This document shows positions 1 through 13,283 of a stretch of DNA of 64,000 bases, piece after piece. The notes beneath the pieces are model-generated. The model made no database searches and was not told the origin of the DNA. It was given only the letters and a program-made list of their open reading frames with translations. The stretch is taken from assembly GCA_951406725.2 (NCBI GenBank), contig OX597816.1, positions 87,606,001 to 87,670,000 of the forward strand, written 5' to 3'. This DNA is from Octopus vulgaris. Its lineage: Eukaryota. The first letter of the stretch is position 1. Each line of letters opens with the position of its first letter. A program made the translations under genes and the position numbers.

Positions 1-64
1 CATTACCATAGCCATTATTAGGAACATTATGGTGATTGTTTCTTATTGATCTGTGTTCTGCCTT

Positions 65-230
65 CTCCCATCACAACCATCATCACCACCACCACCATCA
101 CCACCACCATCTTAGCCAGCATCATTGTCATCGCCTTCATCATCCTTATCATCAGTCCTCATTATCCTTATCATTGTTGTTGTTGTTGTTGTTGTCGTCA
201 TCTTCGTTGCTGTCATCATCGTTGTTGCTT
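65..230. repeat. Compound trinucleotide microsatellite (CAT/CAC)n-(TGT)n
   Basis: Direct reading; explains the poly-His/poly-Thr ORFs at 36-251. Confidence 0.9.
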
Positions 231-604
231 CCCTTATTGATTTTTGCTTGATTTTTATTTTATATATATTGTTCATTTACTAGACAAAAATGAAATGCAA
301 CATATTTATTATCCTTGCTGAAAGTTTAGGGTAATAACCCTAATATTATTCTACAGGAAAGCCGTTTGTTCTAAAGTTAAGGGGAAATATAATACGCTTT
401 TCTTTATTTTCTTGTGTTCTTGTTCTCTCTTGAATTCTATAAGGTTTCATAGAAAATGGATTAGATAAAGGAAAATTTGAAAAACCCCCAATGTTTGTTT
501 AGATAATAGTAATGTTTAGATAATAGTATTACATGCATATTCTTCCATGTAATTATCCTTCAGAATACAATGTTGTAATGCCAATAATATTAGTGATACC
601 AGGA

Positions 605-930
605 TCTGTTATTTGTTTCCGCAGTTGGACTGCAGTAGCCATACTGGAGCACCACCACGAAGAGTTTTTAGTTGAATGAATCACCTCCTCCCCACCAGTA
701 CTTATGTTTTTAAGCCTGGTACTTATCTGTTGATCTCTTTTTGCTGAACCACTAGGTTACAGGGAACGTAATCGTACTGACACCAGGCTGCCCATATTGG
801 AGGGTTTTTAGTTGAACAAGTCAAGCCTGGTGTTTATTTCTCTGAGTCTGATGCTTATTCTAATGATCCCTTTTGCTGAGCTAAATTATGGCAGTGTAAA
901 CAAACCCACACTGGTAGCACTAACACAAAC
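605..930 (-). mobile_element. Decayed 3' portions of tRNA-derived SINE family B
   Basis: Resembles 30793-30960 (gccatgctggagcaccgcc...gctaagttacgg...aaacacacc); two partial copies in tandem. Confidence 0.6.
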
Positions 931-1096
931 ACAAAAACACACACACCTCTAGATATATGTGCTCACACACACGCTTGCACACACACACACACACACACAC
1001 ACGATGGGCTCCTTTCAATTTCCATTTGAGGGAACATAAGTGAAAACTGGTTCTCAAGCAGTGGGAGGATATAAACACACAGACACACACACACAC

Positions 1097-1818
1097 AAAG
1101 TGGACAAATCACTTTAGGTAGATGACCCTCCCCAATCTGTAGGAAAGGCATCGGTAGAAACTCCATATGATGTACTCATTGTAAGCTATGGACACATACG
1201 AGGTGTAGCAATATCAAAGGAAGACCAACTGGAAAGACAGAATGTAAATGCACAGGGGCAATAAACACTGAAAATATGCAGAAAACAGCTTCCATCATAT
1301 GCCAGGGGGTAAAACTAGAAGTAGTTGATAGCTTCCATTACCTAAGTGACCAAATCAGTAGTGGGGGTGGGGGTGCTCTGCTAGAACATGAATAGCCTGG
1401 GCAAAGTTCAGAGAGCTCCTACCTCTGCTGGTAACAAAGAACCCCTTGCTCAGAATGAAAGGTAGACTGTATGATGCATGTGTGTGTGAACAGCCTTGCT
1501 ACACGGCAGTGAAACATGGGCTGTGATTGCTGAGGACATGCATAAGCTTGCAAAGAATGGAGCTAGTATACTCCACTTGGATGTGTAATGTCAGTGTGCA
1601 TACACGACAGGATGTAAGCACCCTGAGAGAAAAATAGGACATAAAAAGCATCAGATGTGGTGTGCAAGAGAGATAACTGTGTTGGTGTGGTCATGTGTTG
1701 CATATGGATGAGGGCAGCTGTGTGAAAAAGTGTCACACGCTAACAGTGGAGGGAACCTGTGGAAGAGGTGGACATGGGAAGACATGGGATGAGGTGGTGA
1801 AGCACGACCTTCGAATGC
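1097..1818 (+). pseudogene. Decayed RTE-clade LINE fragment (RT C-terminal region), frameshifted and stop-containing
   Basis: Encodes LEVVDSFHYL, AWAKFRELLPLL, HGSETWAV and GTCGRG..KTWDEVVKHDLR, typical RTE RT/C-terminal motifs; collinear with 2604-3310. Confidence 0.9.
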
Positions 1819-2603
1819 ATTGTTTGTGCCTTCTCAACTACACACCCCTCGTTGAGCGGTTAATATAATTTTTCTTTTGTTTGGCAGTGTAGTGGTTGTG
1901 GTGTGGTGTTTGTTTGATGGTACTTGGAATCCATAGCTTTTGGTACTAAAAGAAGCCTTCACTTTGTCACACATTTTCCGATTCCTGAAAATGATGTTGA
2001 TAATGTCAAGTGACTTTCAGAGAAGCATTGCACATTGTACTTACATCCGCTGATGGCTGAGTGAGCTGTGGTTTATGTAGTAGCAGCAGCAGCAGCAGCA
2101 GCAGTTGATGCTCAAATGAACTCTGAATACTTCTTCTCATCCACAAACATATACACATATTCACCTTATGCACACTGTCCTTGCTTACATACGCATATAT
2201 ACATGCAGATACACACACACACACACTCTTTCTGATAGGTTATTCACCTGTTGCTCTTTCAAATGCAGATGCATGCATGTTTTGCATTAGAATATGAGGA
2301 TAGGAGGAAGGCATATGTACACACGCTCATGTACAATTTATGGTTTGGTGTCTGTGATGTGATATGTTGTTGACAGCAGATAATGTTCAGAGGTACCCAC
2401 CCTATACCTCACACACATGTATATGCTGCTATGATTAACTCTAGACCTGTCACTCCCATATCTGCTGATCAGTTAAGAAAATCTTCTGACTCTCTTTGAC
2501 TCGGTTTAACACCACTAGCTACCAGGTCACAGAGACCCACAAGAATTTGTGACTTGGTCAAAATGTGTTTTGAAATATACAATATATATATATATATATA
2601 TAT

Positions 2604-3839
2604 ATGGCCCTACTCAACCTATAGAAAAGGCGTAGGTAGAAACTCCATAAGATGCTCCCAGTGTAAGCTTTGGACACATAAAAGGTGCAACAATATCAGA
2701 GGAAGGTTAACAGGGAAACTAGCTTTTGTATGTGGAAGATGCACAGGTACAATAAATGCTGAAAATGTGCAGAAAATAGACTCCATCAACAGCCGTTGGG
2801 GCAAGCTAGAGGTAGTAGATAGCTTCTGTTATCTAGATGACCAAGTTAGTAGTGGAAGTGGATGCTCCAAAGAGAATAGCTGCTAGAATAAGATTACACT
2901 GGGTAAAGTTGAGAGAGCTCCTACCCCTGCTGGCAACAAAGGACCTCTCTTTCAGAGTAAAAGATGTCTGTGTGTGAACAGCTATGCCGCATGGCAGTGA
3001 AACATGGGCAGTGACAGCCAAGGACATGCGTAGACTTGAAAGAAATGGAACTAGCATGCTTCAATGGATGTGCAATGTCAGTGTGCATGTTCAAAAGAGT
3101 GTAAGCACATTGAGAGAAAAGTTAGGCATAAGAGGCATGAGATGTGGTGTGCAAGAGAGACGTCTGTGCTGGTATAGTCATGTGATGAGTATGGATGTGG
3201 ACAGATGTGTAAAGAAGTGCTGATCTCTAACTGTGGAGGGGACCTGTGGTAAAGATAGACCCAGGAAGACATGTGATGAGGTGGTGAAGCATTACCTTCA
3301 AACTTTGAGCTTCACAGAGGAAATGACGAGTGACTGAGACCTTTAGTGATATACTGTGCTTGAGAGGACCTGTCAGGCCATGGTCACCCATGCTGGTGGC
3401 ATTTAAAGAACATCTTTCAAGTATTGGGACTCACAGAGGCAAAGTGGTCAAGTTCCTTTTGAATGTTGGGCCTCACAGAGACAATGACCAAGACCTTTGG
3501 TATTATGTCACACTTGAGAAGAAGATCCATCAAGCTGAACAAAATCACAATTGTGGCAGATACCAGTGTCACACAAATTGGCACTTGTGCTGGTGGCATG
3601 TAAAAGCACCTCTGTATCATGTAAAAACACCCCTGTATCATGCAAATGGCACCTGTGCCAGTGACACGTAAAAGCATCCATTATACTGTGAGTGGTTGAT
3701 GTTAGGAAGGAGATCCAGCCATAGAAAACCATGCCAAATCAGACTGGAGTCTGGTATAACCTTCCAGCATGCCAGCCTGTTCAAACTATCCAACCCATGC
3801 CAGCATGGATAATGGACGTTAAATGATGATGATGATGAT
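2604..3839 (+). mobile_element. 5'-truncated RTE-clade LINE: RT C-terminus with PHD-like insert, 3' UTR and (GAT)n tail, flanked by (TA)n on both sides
   Basis: ORFs 2554-2886 (RKGVGRNSIRCSQCKLWTHKRC...CGRC...LEVVDSFCYL) and 2984-3223 (HGSETWAVTAKDMRRLERN...ERRLCWYSHVM); ends caacccatgccagcatgg...ggacgttaaa(tga)n. Confidence 0.92.
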
Positions 3840-3951
3840 ATATATATATATATATGACAAGACTGGTAGCATTGACCTGGTAACATTGACCAAGCAACAA
3901 AATGAATCACAGCCTCTGCCAAACTCTTCAATGTTAAGGTGATAGAGAGAG

Positions 3952-4030
3952 CCAATCAATGATTGGTGTCTGATAGGATTTCTGTCTAATAGGATTATCA
4001 GACACCAATCATTGATTGGTGTCTGATAAT
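3952..4030. repeat. Direct-inverted-direct micro-triplication of gattggtgtctgata
   Basis: 3952-3975 is the exact reverse complement of 3996-4019; 3994-4030 is a palindrome with 18-bp arms around a single T. Confidence 0.9.
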
Positions 4031-4454
4031 TGGTTATTAGCTACTGATAAAACCTCAATCATCTTTCATCATTTTAATGTCCATTTTTCCATGCTTGCAC
4101 GGTTTGAATGGTCTCCTATCCTCATCTGTTACCAAGCAAGATATTATTTCTATGGTCAGGCATATTTCCACAGAATATTGGTTTCAAGTTTTTGCACAAG
4201 ACAAGCAATTTTAGGGCAGTGCCCAGTGTCCAAACTTGTACTTATTTCATTGACCCATGAAAAGAGTAAGAGTTGACCCCAGCAGCATTTGAACCCAGAA
4301 TGTAAAGTTGAAAGAAATGTTGCTAAGCATTGTCTCCAGCATAGTTACGATTCTGCCTAATCTCTACAGAGGATTGGAAATAAATGATATTCATTTCCAA
4401 CAACCATGTGATATCAAGACAAGGAAACAAAATATACACACTCACAATACTGAC

Positions 4455-4489
<35 letters not shown>

Positions 4490-4490
<1 letters not shown>

Positions 4491-4630
4491 GTATTGTCTA
4501 CTAAATCACAAGGCTTTGGTCAGCCCAAGTTTATAGTAGAAGACATTTGCCCAAGGTACCACACAGTGGGACTGAACCCCGTCCATGTGGTTAGGCAGCA
4601 TACTTCTTAGCCACATGGCCACACTTGTTA
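4490..4630 (-). mobile_element. SINE family B, 5' part (tRNA-like head plus CORE-like segment)
   Basis: tatagtagaagacatttgcccaaggtaccacacagtgggactgaaccc matches 31105-31206. Confidence 0.8.
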
Positions 4631-5608
4631 CATAACAAAGTAAACAGTAGGAACCATGGAAACTAGTGATGGTCTGTGTTACCAGTTAGTTAGTATAAAC
4701 AGTTCAAAAGAGGAATGAATTGGTTTGCTAACACTTTGGGTAGGCGCCTTTGTTGGAGAGTACTGTCTTTTCTTCTTCCTTTCTGCCAACCAATTTATTA
4801 CACTTTTGAACTGTTAGGTATTTCGTCTGTTGCTCTACTATTCCACTGCCTTATTGATTGGTACTAATATTGATTGCTATTCTCGTACGATATAAATAGA
4901 GCCATCTAAATGTTGAGTTGTTGTCAAGCATAGGTATTTCAAGGGTTGTGTATGTCAGTATCATTCATAGTTTTTGTATTGTTCAAATGTCTTTATATCT
5001 TTATATATGTGGTTGATTGCACAGGAAATTTCAAGGATGGATGTTGTTGTTGTTAAGGCCCGGTGAGCCATGATCAAGTTGACCCATGATAGATGGCATT
5101 TAAAATATCTATGACTACATAATTTGCACTTTTTTTTATTTGTTCATTTATCTAAAATGGTGAGATTTTTTGTTTTGAGAGATTTGACTGCCATTTCTTG
5201 CAGTTGGTGTGGCTATATAACTATTCTCCCTGACTTGCTCATAAAGGTTGAAATATCGTTCTGTTGTATCAAGCTCATAAAACTGTTGTTGCCGTATCAT
5301 TCTGGTGCGATATTAATATGTTTAAGTTATCAGGAATCTACAGTGATTTGGCACCCAAAGCAGTATGCCAAAATAGCTGTAAAATGATGATGACAACACC
5401 TATGGTGATCATGATGATGGATGTATTAATGGGCTATTTTGTGGCAGGCAGTTGCAATAAACTGTTTGGATTATACAAACTTGCTATGTGCAATCCTTTA
5501 GGCTAAGAAAATGAAATGAATCTTTTTTTTTTTTTTTTTTTTTTTAATTTGATATGTTGCAACAGTATGAATCATTATTTTTGAGCAAATAGATAAACTC
5601 TATTATAT

Positions 5609-5905
5609 CATCATCATCATCGTTTAATGTCAACTTTCCATGCTTGCATGGGTTGGACAATTTGACTGAGGACTGGAGAACCAGATGGCTGCACGAGACT
5701 CCAATCTGATCTGGCAGAGTTTCTACAGCTGGACGCCCTTCTTAATGCCAACCACTCCGAGAGCGTATTGGGTGCTTTTACATACCACCGGCACGGGGGC
5801 CAGTCAGGCGATACTGGCAACAACCTCGTTCGAATGTTTTTTCACGTGCCACCGGCACAAGTGCAAGTAAGGCGACACTGGTAACGATCACACTGGAATG
5901 GTGCT
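5609..5905 (-). mobile_element. RTE LINE 3' UTR/tail fragment
   Basis: (cat)n-cgtttaatgtc..ttccatgcttgcatgggttggac is the reverse complement of the 3660-3839 tail. Confidence 0.85.
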
Positions 5906-5909
5906 CTCT

Positions 5910-6116
5910 CAACCCATTAGCACTCTGTCTTCCTTTTCTCTTGGACTTTCCTCCGTCTCCTGTTTCTTACGAAGAGCTTTGCTTGCAATGTAAAACCACC
6001 TTTCCTTCCTTCCCTGAGCGTCTGCTAATACTTGTGCTAATACTTTGCATGTACCACGTCCTCACATTGTTGTTTTTTTCTAGTTGTATTTGGTCTTCAT
6101 TTATTTTGGATTTACT
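5910..6116 (+). mobile_element. Penelope-like terminal-repeat fragment with degenerate hammerhead motif, ending at (TA)n
   Basis: gttt-cttacga-agagc-ttt-gctt-gcaatgta-aaac (5962-5996), then cctgagcg and a T-rich end into (TA)n; same layout as the 12870-13067 and 47721-48010 copies. Confidence 0.6.
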
Positions 6117-6914
6117 ATATATATATATATATATATACATATATACCAGAAGCGTCGTATAGGTTTGGTTGATGCATTAAGAAATAATTAAGATTCAGTT
6201 GAATTAGGTACTTGGTATATATATATATATATCTATATTTGTGCAGGGTGTTCATAATTTATCTTTACAACTGCCACAATTGTATTGTGTTGTCTCGATG
6301 TGTTGCATGCAACCAATGAAACTGATGTGGAAGTGTTCTGATGTTTCTTATAAAATTTTACCTGTTTTCCAATAAACTCTGCTGAATTATCTCTATTTTT
6401 CATCTTTTTTTTCCCTTCAGAATTTTTCAAATTCTAAGTCTAATTTAATGAGCACGTGTGTGTGTATGTATTAGCTTGTTTTGGACTTCTTTCAGTTTCT
6501 CTCTACAAATCCATTCACAGCCTTGTATTATAGTAGATGACATTTCTCTAAGGTGCCATGCAGTGGGATTGAACCCAAAACTATGTGGGTGGGAAGCAAA
6601 CTTCTTACCACACATATATGTATTATTGGGGTTTTCTTTGAAAATTGCTGTGTTCATTCAGTACATATGGATCTTTATAGAGTTAGTGTCTTGGTGAACA
6701 GGATTGTTTCTTCATACTTAAAGGTTTTGTGCCACTGCAGTTCATATGCATGCATACACAGAGACACACATGCACGCATATGCACATATGTATGCTCACA
6801 CATATGCACATACACAGGCATATGTGCACACATGGATGCACACACACACACACACACACATTTATGTATAATAGATATAAGTATAACAAGACTGCTCATA
6901 CCTGTAAAAGCATT

Positions 6915-7130
6915 TGTGCCGGCGTCACATAGGAGCACCCGTTCCGGTGCTGTGTGAACAGCACCCAGCATACTCTGTAAAGTGGTTGGCATTAGGGAGA
7001 GTATCCAGCCATAGAAACCAAACCAAATCAGACTGGCACCGGATGCAGATCTCCAGCTTAGTAGGTCTGGTCAAACTGTCCAACCCATGCCAGCATGGAA
7101 AACAAATGTTAAATGAGGATGATGATGATG
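6915..7130 (+). mobile_element. RTE LINE 3' UTR/tail fragment
   Basis: gtggttggcattagggagagtatccagccatagaaacc...caacccatgccagcatgg...(gat)n. Similar pieces at ~8720-8940(-), 26240-26442(+), 32152-32297(-), 33200-33532(+), 34675-34920(+), 39040-39260(-), 46420-46640(-), 53680-54470(-) and 59018-59440(-). Confidence 0.85.
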
Positions 7131-9277
7131 TTGATTACAATTGCTAGAATGCAGTCATTATTAGTGACCGACTTGCTTCTTCATAGGCAAAGCATGAGTT
7201 CTGGAATTGGAGGTTCTACAATAGCCTGATGAATGTGTTATGTAATTATCATATAATTGCATAAACCAGTAATTTACTTATAACCAACAGTTGGTTGTGT
7301 TATATGCACACAGATGCACGACTACACACCTACTCATACACATGCGCATATGCAGATACATAGATAATCAAATAAATAAAGACTTTCTACTACATACGCT
7401 GGATAACGGTTTATCCTTCTTATACTTATACACCTGTGTGTGTGGGTGTATGGTAGTTAGCGAGGATCTGTTTCCATGGGATAAAAATAAGAAGAGAAAG
7501 CAAAGGATATAAAATAGAAATAGAAATTAAAAAAAAAAAAGCTCTGATGGTGGTTAGTTTACAATCATAAATATAATAGAAAGAAAAGGTATTACTATCA
7601 ACAGAAAATAAATAAATAAATAATAAGGTGTTGGATTAATGTTAGTTAATAGTTTACAGCTCAGAATCTTTATATTATCTCAGATTTAAATTTGTTATTT
7701 ATTTATTTATTTTTTGTTTTCTGCATTTCAACAATTGCTTCTTTTCTTTGTTTTTTCTTTTCTCTTTCTTCTTTTCTTCCCTTGTATATTCTGGTTTTGA
7801 TTTAAGAGCCTTAATCACTTTGTTACAAATCCAGATGTATACCAATTAAAACTTTTTTAACAATATTATTGTTCAACTGGATTTAGTATCACTGTTGTTA
7901 TTGTTGTTATCATCTGATTTCTTTTTTTTTTTTTTTTTCATTTTTGTGTCGTCATTAAATTTTTTTTTTTTTTTTGAAATTCATTTTATGTTCTATATCT
8001 CTTGTATTTATTTTAATAAAATTTATTTAATCATTATCATTATTATTTTATTGCACTGCTAGCATTATCATCATCACCACCACCACCACCACTGTCATCA
8101 GCACCTCTGTCATCATCACCATCGCCAGCATCTGGTCACATACATTAATTGCTGCTTTCAAGGGATGTTGTTGTCTTGACTTTGTGTGTGGAAATGGATT
8201 GGGCAAGAGGACATAAAATAAACCTCAGCATAAAATAATGAAAAAAAATAGCAAACAAAACAAAAAAAAAACACTAAATAAAATCAAACAAACAAACTGA
8301 AAATAAAATGGAATGATTTGTGTATGGGGGTTTTGGGGTGTAGGTTTATGTAATTAATATTTCACTGGGAATAGTTTTGAATTTACAAATAAATAAAATG
8401 AAAATGTGATTGGCACTATAAGAATGGTAGTGCAAATCAAATTCTTCAAGCTGGTTTCTATTCTCAATTGAAATAAATTTCTAGATTTATTTGTGTCATA
8501 TCCATAGGAAACTTTTGATTTTATAATTTTAATTTTAATTTTTATTTATTTTTTTAAAAGTTTTATTTATTCTTGGTGATGTAATAGGTTTGATGGGTTT
8601 GTAGCTACGAAGGTAGAGCATATGTCCATTTCTGTTCTGGCAAGAGAGAATTCTCCTCCTCCTTTATTTTCTTTACTTTTGTGTTCATTGTCTTTGTCTT
8701 TGTCTTCTTCAACATCACCACACACCATCTCTTTTAATATCCATCTTCTATGCTGGTATAGGTTAGGTGGTTTGACAGGATTTGGATGAGCCAAGGTCTG
8801 CATCATATCCCAGTGTCTACTTTGGTGTTGTTTGTATAATTGGATGCCCTTCCTAATTCTAACCAGTTTACAGAGTGCACTATGCGCTTTTCTTGTGATT
8901 CCAACATTGGTGAGGTTGCCATGCAGCAACTTCTAAGACTAAAATCCCTTTCAACTGAGTGGGATTACAGTAGAACAAGGTGGCTGAGAGGAAAGTAAGG
9001 GCCCTGAACCAAACAGGTTTCTTATTGTATTGGAGCTACATGGGTACTTACACCATAGAAATATGAGTGACAGTAATTGGTGTGGATTTGGATAGAGAGA
9101 TAAAATCATTGTGATGAAATATCAGGGTGGACCCTGAAGGTACCAGAAGGTGAACAGTGGTGTATGGTGACTGAAATACAAGGTGTAAGGGTGGGTAGAG
9201 TTTGCCTAGCTCATGAAATCGAGAATTGCTGAAACTTTTTGAACATGAGTTAGCTCCATCTAGGTAGACTTGTTACT

Positions 9278-9507
9278 TATTTCTTTACTGCTCACAAGGG
9301 GCTACACACAGAGGGGACAAACAAGGACAGGCAAACGGATTAAGTCAATTATATCAACCCCAGTGCGTAACTGGTACTTCTTTTATTGACCCCGAAAGGA
9401 TGAAATGCAAAGTTGACCTCGGCGGAATTTGAACTCAGAACGTAGTGGCAGACAAAATACCATTAAGCATTTCGCCCGGCGTGCTAACGCTTCAGCCAAC
9501 TCGCACG
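9278..9507 (-). mobile_element. Full-length tRNA-derived SINE family A with target-site duplication
   Basis: Reverse complement of 32594-32825; TSD taggtagacttgttact at 9261-9277 and 9513-9529. Confidence 0.92.
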
Positions 9508-9639
9508 CCATTTAGGTAGACTTGTTACTGACGGTGTCCTAGATGTGACCATCTCAACTCTCTTTTTATGCATGTTACTTATAACGTCTTTCTTAAAGAT
9601 GGTAGGGTATATTCAACTATGGAGAGATATTCAACTATA

Positions 9640-10065
9640 ATTACTAACAAATGGAGTACCTTGCAAAACCTCTCTTGCTGGTATATGAAACCAAAGCTCT
9701 ACTTTATAGCTTGCTGGTATATGAAACCAAAGCTCTACTTTATAGCTTGCTGGTCTTATGCCACATCTAACCAGATTTACTTGGCTTATCTCCATACCGT
9801 GTCTGACCACACCTTCTCCTTCAATTCCTTTACTTATCACTTTTCAGTCCTTTCTGCTACGCTTGTCACGCTTTGGAATTGTACTTTAACTCACCATGTT
9901 TTTCCTGCAGCTCTTGGTTTGCAGTTTTTCAAAACAAGAATAAATGTATTGACTTCATCGCTCTTGGCAGACCTGCTAAAACTATGGGCACAGGCACCAA
10001 TCGCCCTTAGACCAACTTATTAAAAACAAAAGCAAAAAAAAAAGAACAAAAAGAAAAGAAAGAAA
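9640..10065 (+). mobile_element. Old CR1/L2/Jockey-group LINE 3' remnant with A-rich tail; contains a 36-bp tandem duplication (9674-9754)
   Basis: ORF 9568-10023 includes TLWNCTLTHHVFPAALGLQFFKTRIN, resembling the LWNxLP..VFP...L..FK..IN ORF2 terminus; A-rich tail at 10022-10065. Confidence 0.5.
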
Positions 10066-10962
10066 GACCACAATATTTTAGTGCTACTGGAGAAAGAAAA
10101 AAAAAAACCTTGGTGACTTCAGAGAGGTGTCAAGCAAGATTTGAACCGACAATCAGTAAATAAGTTAATGAAACTGACCATTCATGTTGTTATAAACTAT
10201 TTTGTCTGATGTTGTGCCATGTTTGCCATGTCCTCAGGTCTCTTCCCCCCCGTTCTTTCTCTCTTTCTTTCTTTCTCTCTTTCCCTCTGCTTTTCTCTTT
10301 AACAAATGAGCATAATATTATAATAATGAAAAAGAAATTTGTATGTAGTTTTGAACACAAAGACAAAGTAGAATAATAAGGATGTTGAACCCTGAAGGGT
10401 CAATAAAGAAAGTGCCAGTATTACTCTGGCATCAAATCAATCACTAACTACCCCTGCCCTCCTCTTCATCCCCTTCTCTTCACCCCTACTCTTCTCTCTC
10501 TCTCTCTTCCACCCCGTCTCTTTTCTCACCCTTTGTCCATCTCTGTTCTGCTTATATAACTGGCTTTGTGCCCAGCTATAAGAAGCCATCATTATCAAAT
10601 TGTGAAAGTAGTTAGCCGTAGTGGTAGTAGTTAATTGTAGTTGTAATAGTGTGAGATTTTCCTTCTTATACTTTTACTAAATCCAATACCTAACTTCCGT
10701 CATCTCTCCCCCCAGCTTGTGAACCATTTTGTTTGTGGCACTGGCTGCTCTTGGACAAGTATCAGGAATGAATGTCTGTCACAAACTCTCATGACACCTT
10801 GCTTTCTCTATGTAACACTTGAATACTCTTTACCTCAGTTCATCTTTGAGATTCTCTTCTGCTGTTTCTTTTCTCTGTCTCTGTCTCTCTTTCTATCTCT
10901 CTCTCTCTGACTACAGATGTACTGTTGGTGATATTTTCCCTTCTCTAGACTTTTCTCTTTTC

Positions 10963-10997
10963 CTTTCTGATGAAGAGCTATGCTTGAAACATCAAAA
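10963..10997 (+). ncRNA. Minimal type I hammerhead ribozyme motif of the Penelope-like-element type
   Basis: cttt-CTGATGA-a-gagc-tat-gctt-GAAA-ca-TC-aaaa: both core boxes intact, stem II gagc/gctt, stem I ttt/aaa. Helix III reads CA instead of CG, consistent with CpG decay. (TA)n begins at 11001. Confidence 0.65.
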
Positions 10998-10998
10998 A

Positions 10999-11041
<43 letters not shown>

Positions 11042-11225
11042 TGGAATTGCAATATTTTCACCAATTTCATTATCATGATTCACAAAATCAGTAGACTGCC
11101 ATAATATTCTATCCTTTAAAATATAGTAAAAATATAAAAATTGCATGCATTTTTCTTCTTTTATTATATATTTTTTCACTACAATTCACCACCTGGGGAA
11201 GATATCTTCAAAGAAATTTTTTTCT

Positions 11226-11227
<2 letters not shown>

Positions 11228-11323
<96 letters not shown>
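11228..11323. repeat. Compound microsatellite (CT)n(AT)n(AC)n
   Basis: Direct reading. Confidence 0.95.
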
Positions 11324-12619
11324 TATAAAAACCCATGTAGTTTAGGCACTTTATTTTTTCGCAAAAACAAAAATAAACTTTAGGGACCATGTAAATTACA
11401 TGAGTAGATCGTTTCCAGAATTTTTGTAGAAATTTTTTTTTTTTTTGCTAAAAAATGACATATGGGAAGTTGACTCATTTAATGTCAGAATATGTTTTAC
11501 AGAAAAAATATAATGAAGTTGACTTTTATTTATGCCGGACGGTATAATGCTTACTTTTTCTGTATAAATTTGCTAAAACCATTAAATGGCTAACTACTTT
11601 TTGAAGTTTGATGTTCATGCTGGTAATCACGGTCTGGGCCATATTTTACATTGCTTGGAGTTTCTACCTATCGCAATGGAGCCCAGCAATTTCCTTAAAT
11701 AGATCAGTTTTACTCTACTTAGGGAATCTAGCCTGCATTTGCATCAGGAAGCTATTTGCTTGCTTTCTCCACGCTACAACACAATGAAATTCCTCACTGC
11801 CAATATTGCTGCTATCAGCTCTTACTGCATCTAATATCGACAACAACAACATGATAATTCATCCTTGCACATGTAAACTCACTAAGTAAATATGACGTAG
11901 CGTTCCTACAGAAACCTTCATTTACCTTATATGATGTTTAATGTCATTTCACATTCATGTTGAATTATGCAGCAATCTTATGTTCTCTTCATAATACACT
12001 TATAATGTATGTATTACCAGTTCTTTTGGTATAGAAGATTTTTACTATTCTTGTTTATGTCTCTTCACAGATGTGTACATTCTTACAAGCTTCTTAAATT
12101 TTGCACCTCTCTTGTCCAATAAACACTGAGTTTAATTTGCAAAGCTGTTTATTTTCTCCTTTGAATTTTTAATGTTTATTATATCAGGTTACCAAACTTT
12201 CAGTTTGGTCTCCCGGTTAAAATGGTAATGACAAATTTTAAAGTTTACTTGACATTTTATAAGTGTGAAAGGAATTAAAATTTCAATACTCTGTATCAAA
12301 GGTTCCAACAAGAATAAGCAGAAAATCAGAGCTTGAGTCAAGAAGACGCTTTCAACCAATCTGAATCGCAATCGGGTACCTTCAGAAAAAACTCACAGAG
12401 TTGTAAAAATTCAGATCAACTTTTCAGTTTAAGGACAACCAATCTATAGCTAGATGCGTATCCTTAGAAAGAAGCACTTCAAATTGTATATCCAGATGTT
12501 TGACTTCCTGCACTGTTAATCCTTAAGTTGGGACTTTCTTGCTCCCTTTTTCCTCAGCACCAGTTTTAGAAACTCAACAAAAATGTCATGGAAGCTGTAC
12601 TTCCTTCTCTGATTAAAAT

Positions 12620-13225
12620 ATATCTTTTACTTGTTTCGGTTGTTAAACTGTGGCCAAGCTGGGGTACTACCTTGAAGGGTTTAGTCAAAGAAACCAATCC
12701 CAATACTTATTTCTTTTTCTAATCCTGCTACTTATTCTACCGGTCTGTTTTTGCCTAACCACTAAGTTGTGGAGATGTAAACAAACCAACATCAGTTGTC
12801 AAGTAATGGTGGGTGAGCCATACACACGTGTGTGTATGTATGTATATATATATGTATATGTCTCTATTTATAAATCACGTTGAACCCTACATGTCTTTTC
12901 CTCCCTCTCTCTGTTTTTTCATTCTCTCTCCATCTTTTTCTTCTCAACCCTTTCTGACAAAGAGCGTAGGCTTGAAATATTTTTCCAGTCTTCCTGAGCA
13001 TCAAACTAATTTACCTGCTTGTTGTTCTCTCACTTTTCTTTGTCCTTTTGTTTCCTGTAGATTGAACTATATATATATATTTATATTTATACACACATAT
13101 ATATACACTCTCTTTGGTTGTCCCAGCATTATAGTAGAAGACACTTGCCCGAGGCACTATGCAGTGGGACTGAACCTGAGACTATGTGGTTGGGAAAAAA
13201 ACTGCTCAGCACACAGCCCCATCTG
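12620..13225 (-). mobile_element. SINE family B split at its internal microsatellite by a Penelope-like fragment
   Basis: 3' half at 12620-12815 and 5' half at 13108-13225 both match 30793-31206. Confidence 0.7.
12870..13067 (+). mobile_element. Penelope-like terminal-repeat fragment with degenerate hammerhead motif
   Basis: ccttt-ctgacaa-agagc-gtag-gctt-gaaat (12950-12980), then cctgagc and a pyrimidine-rich end into (TA)n. Confidence 0.6.
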
Positions 13226-13283
13226 TTCCTATATGTGTGTGTGTGTATGTGTGTGTGCGTATGCTCTGCCATAGCTGCATATA

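Noticed and set aside
1985-2045. Possible ~60-nt minus-strand intron (gtaagt...ttttcag)
   Set aside because: The flanking frames give no recognisable protein and the intron would be unusually short; likely chance.
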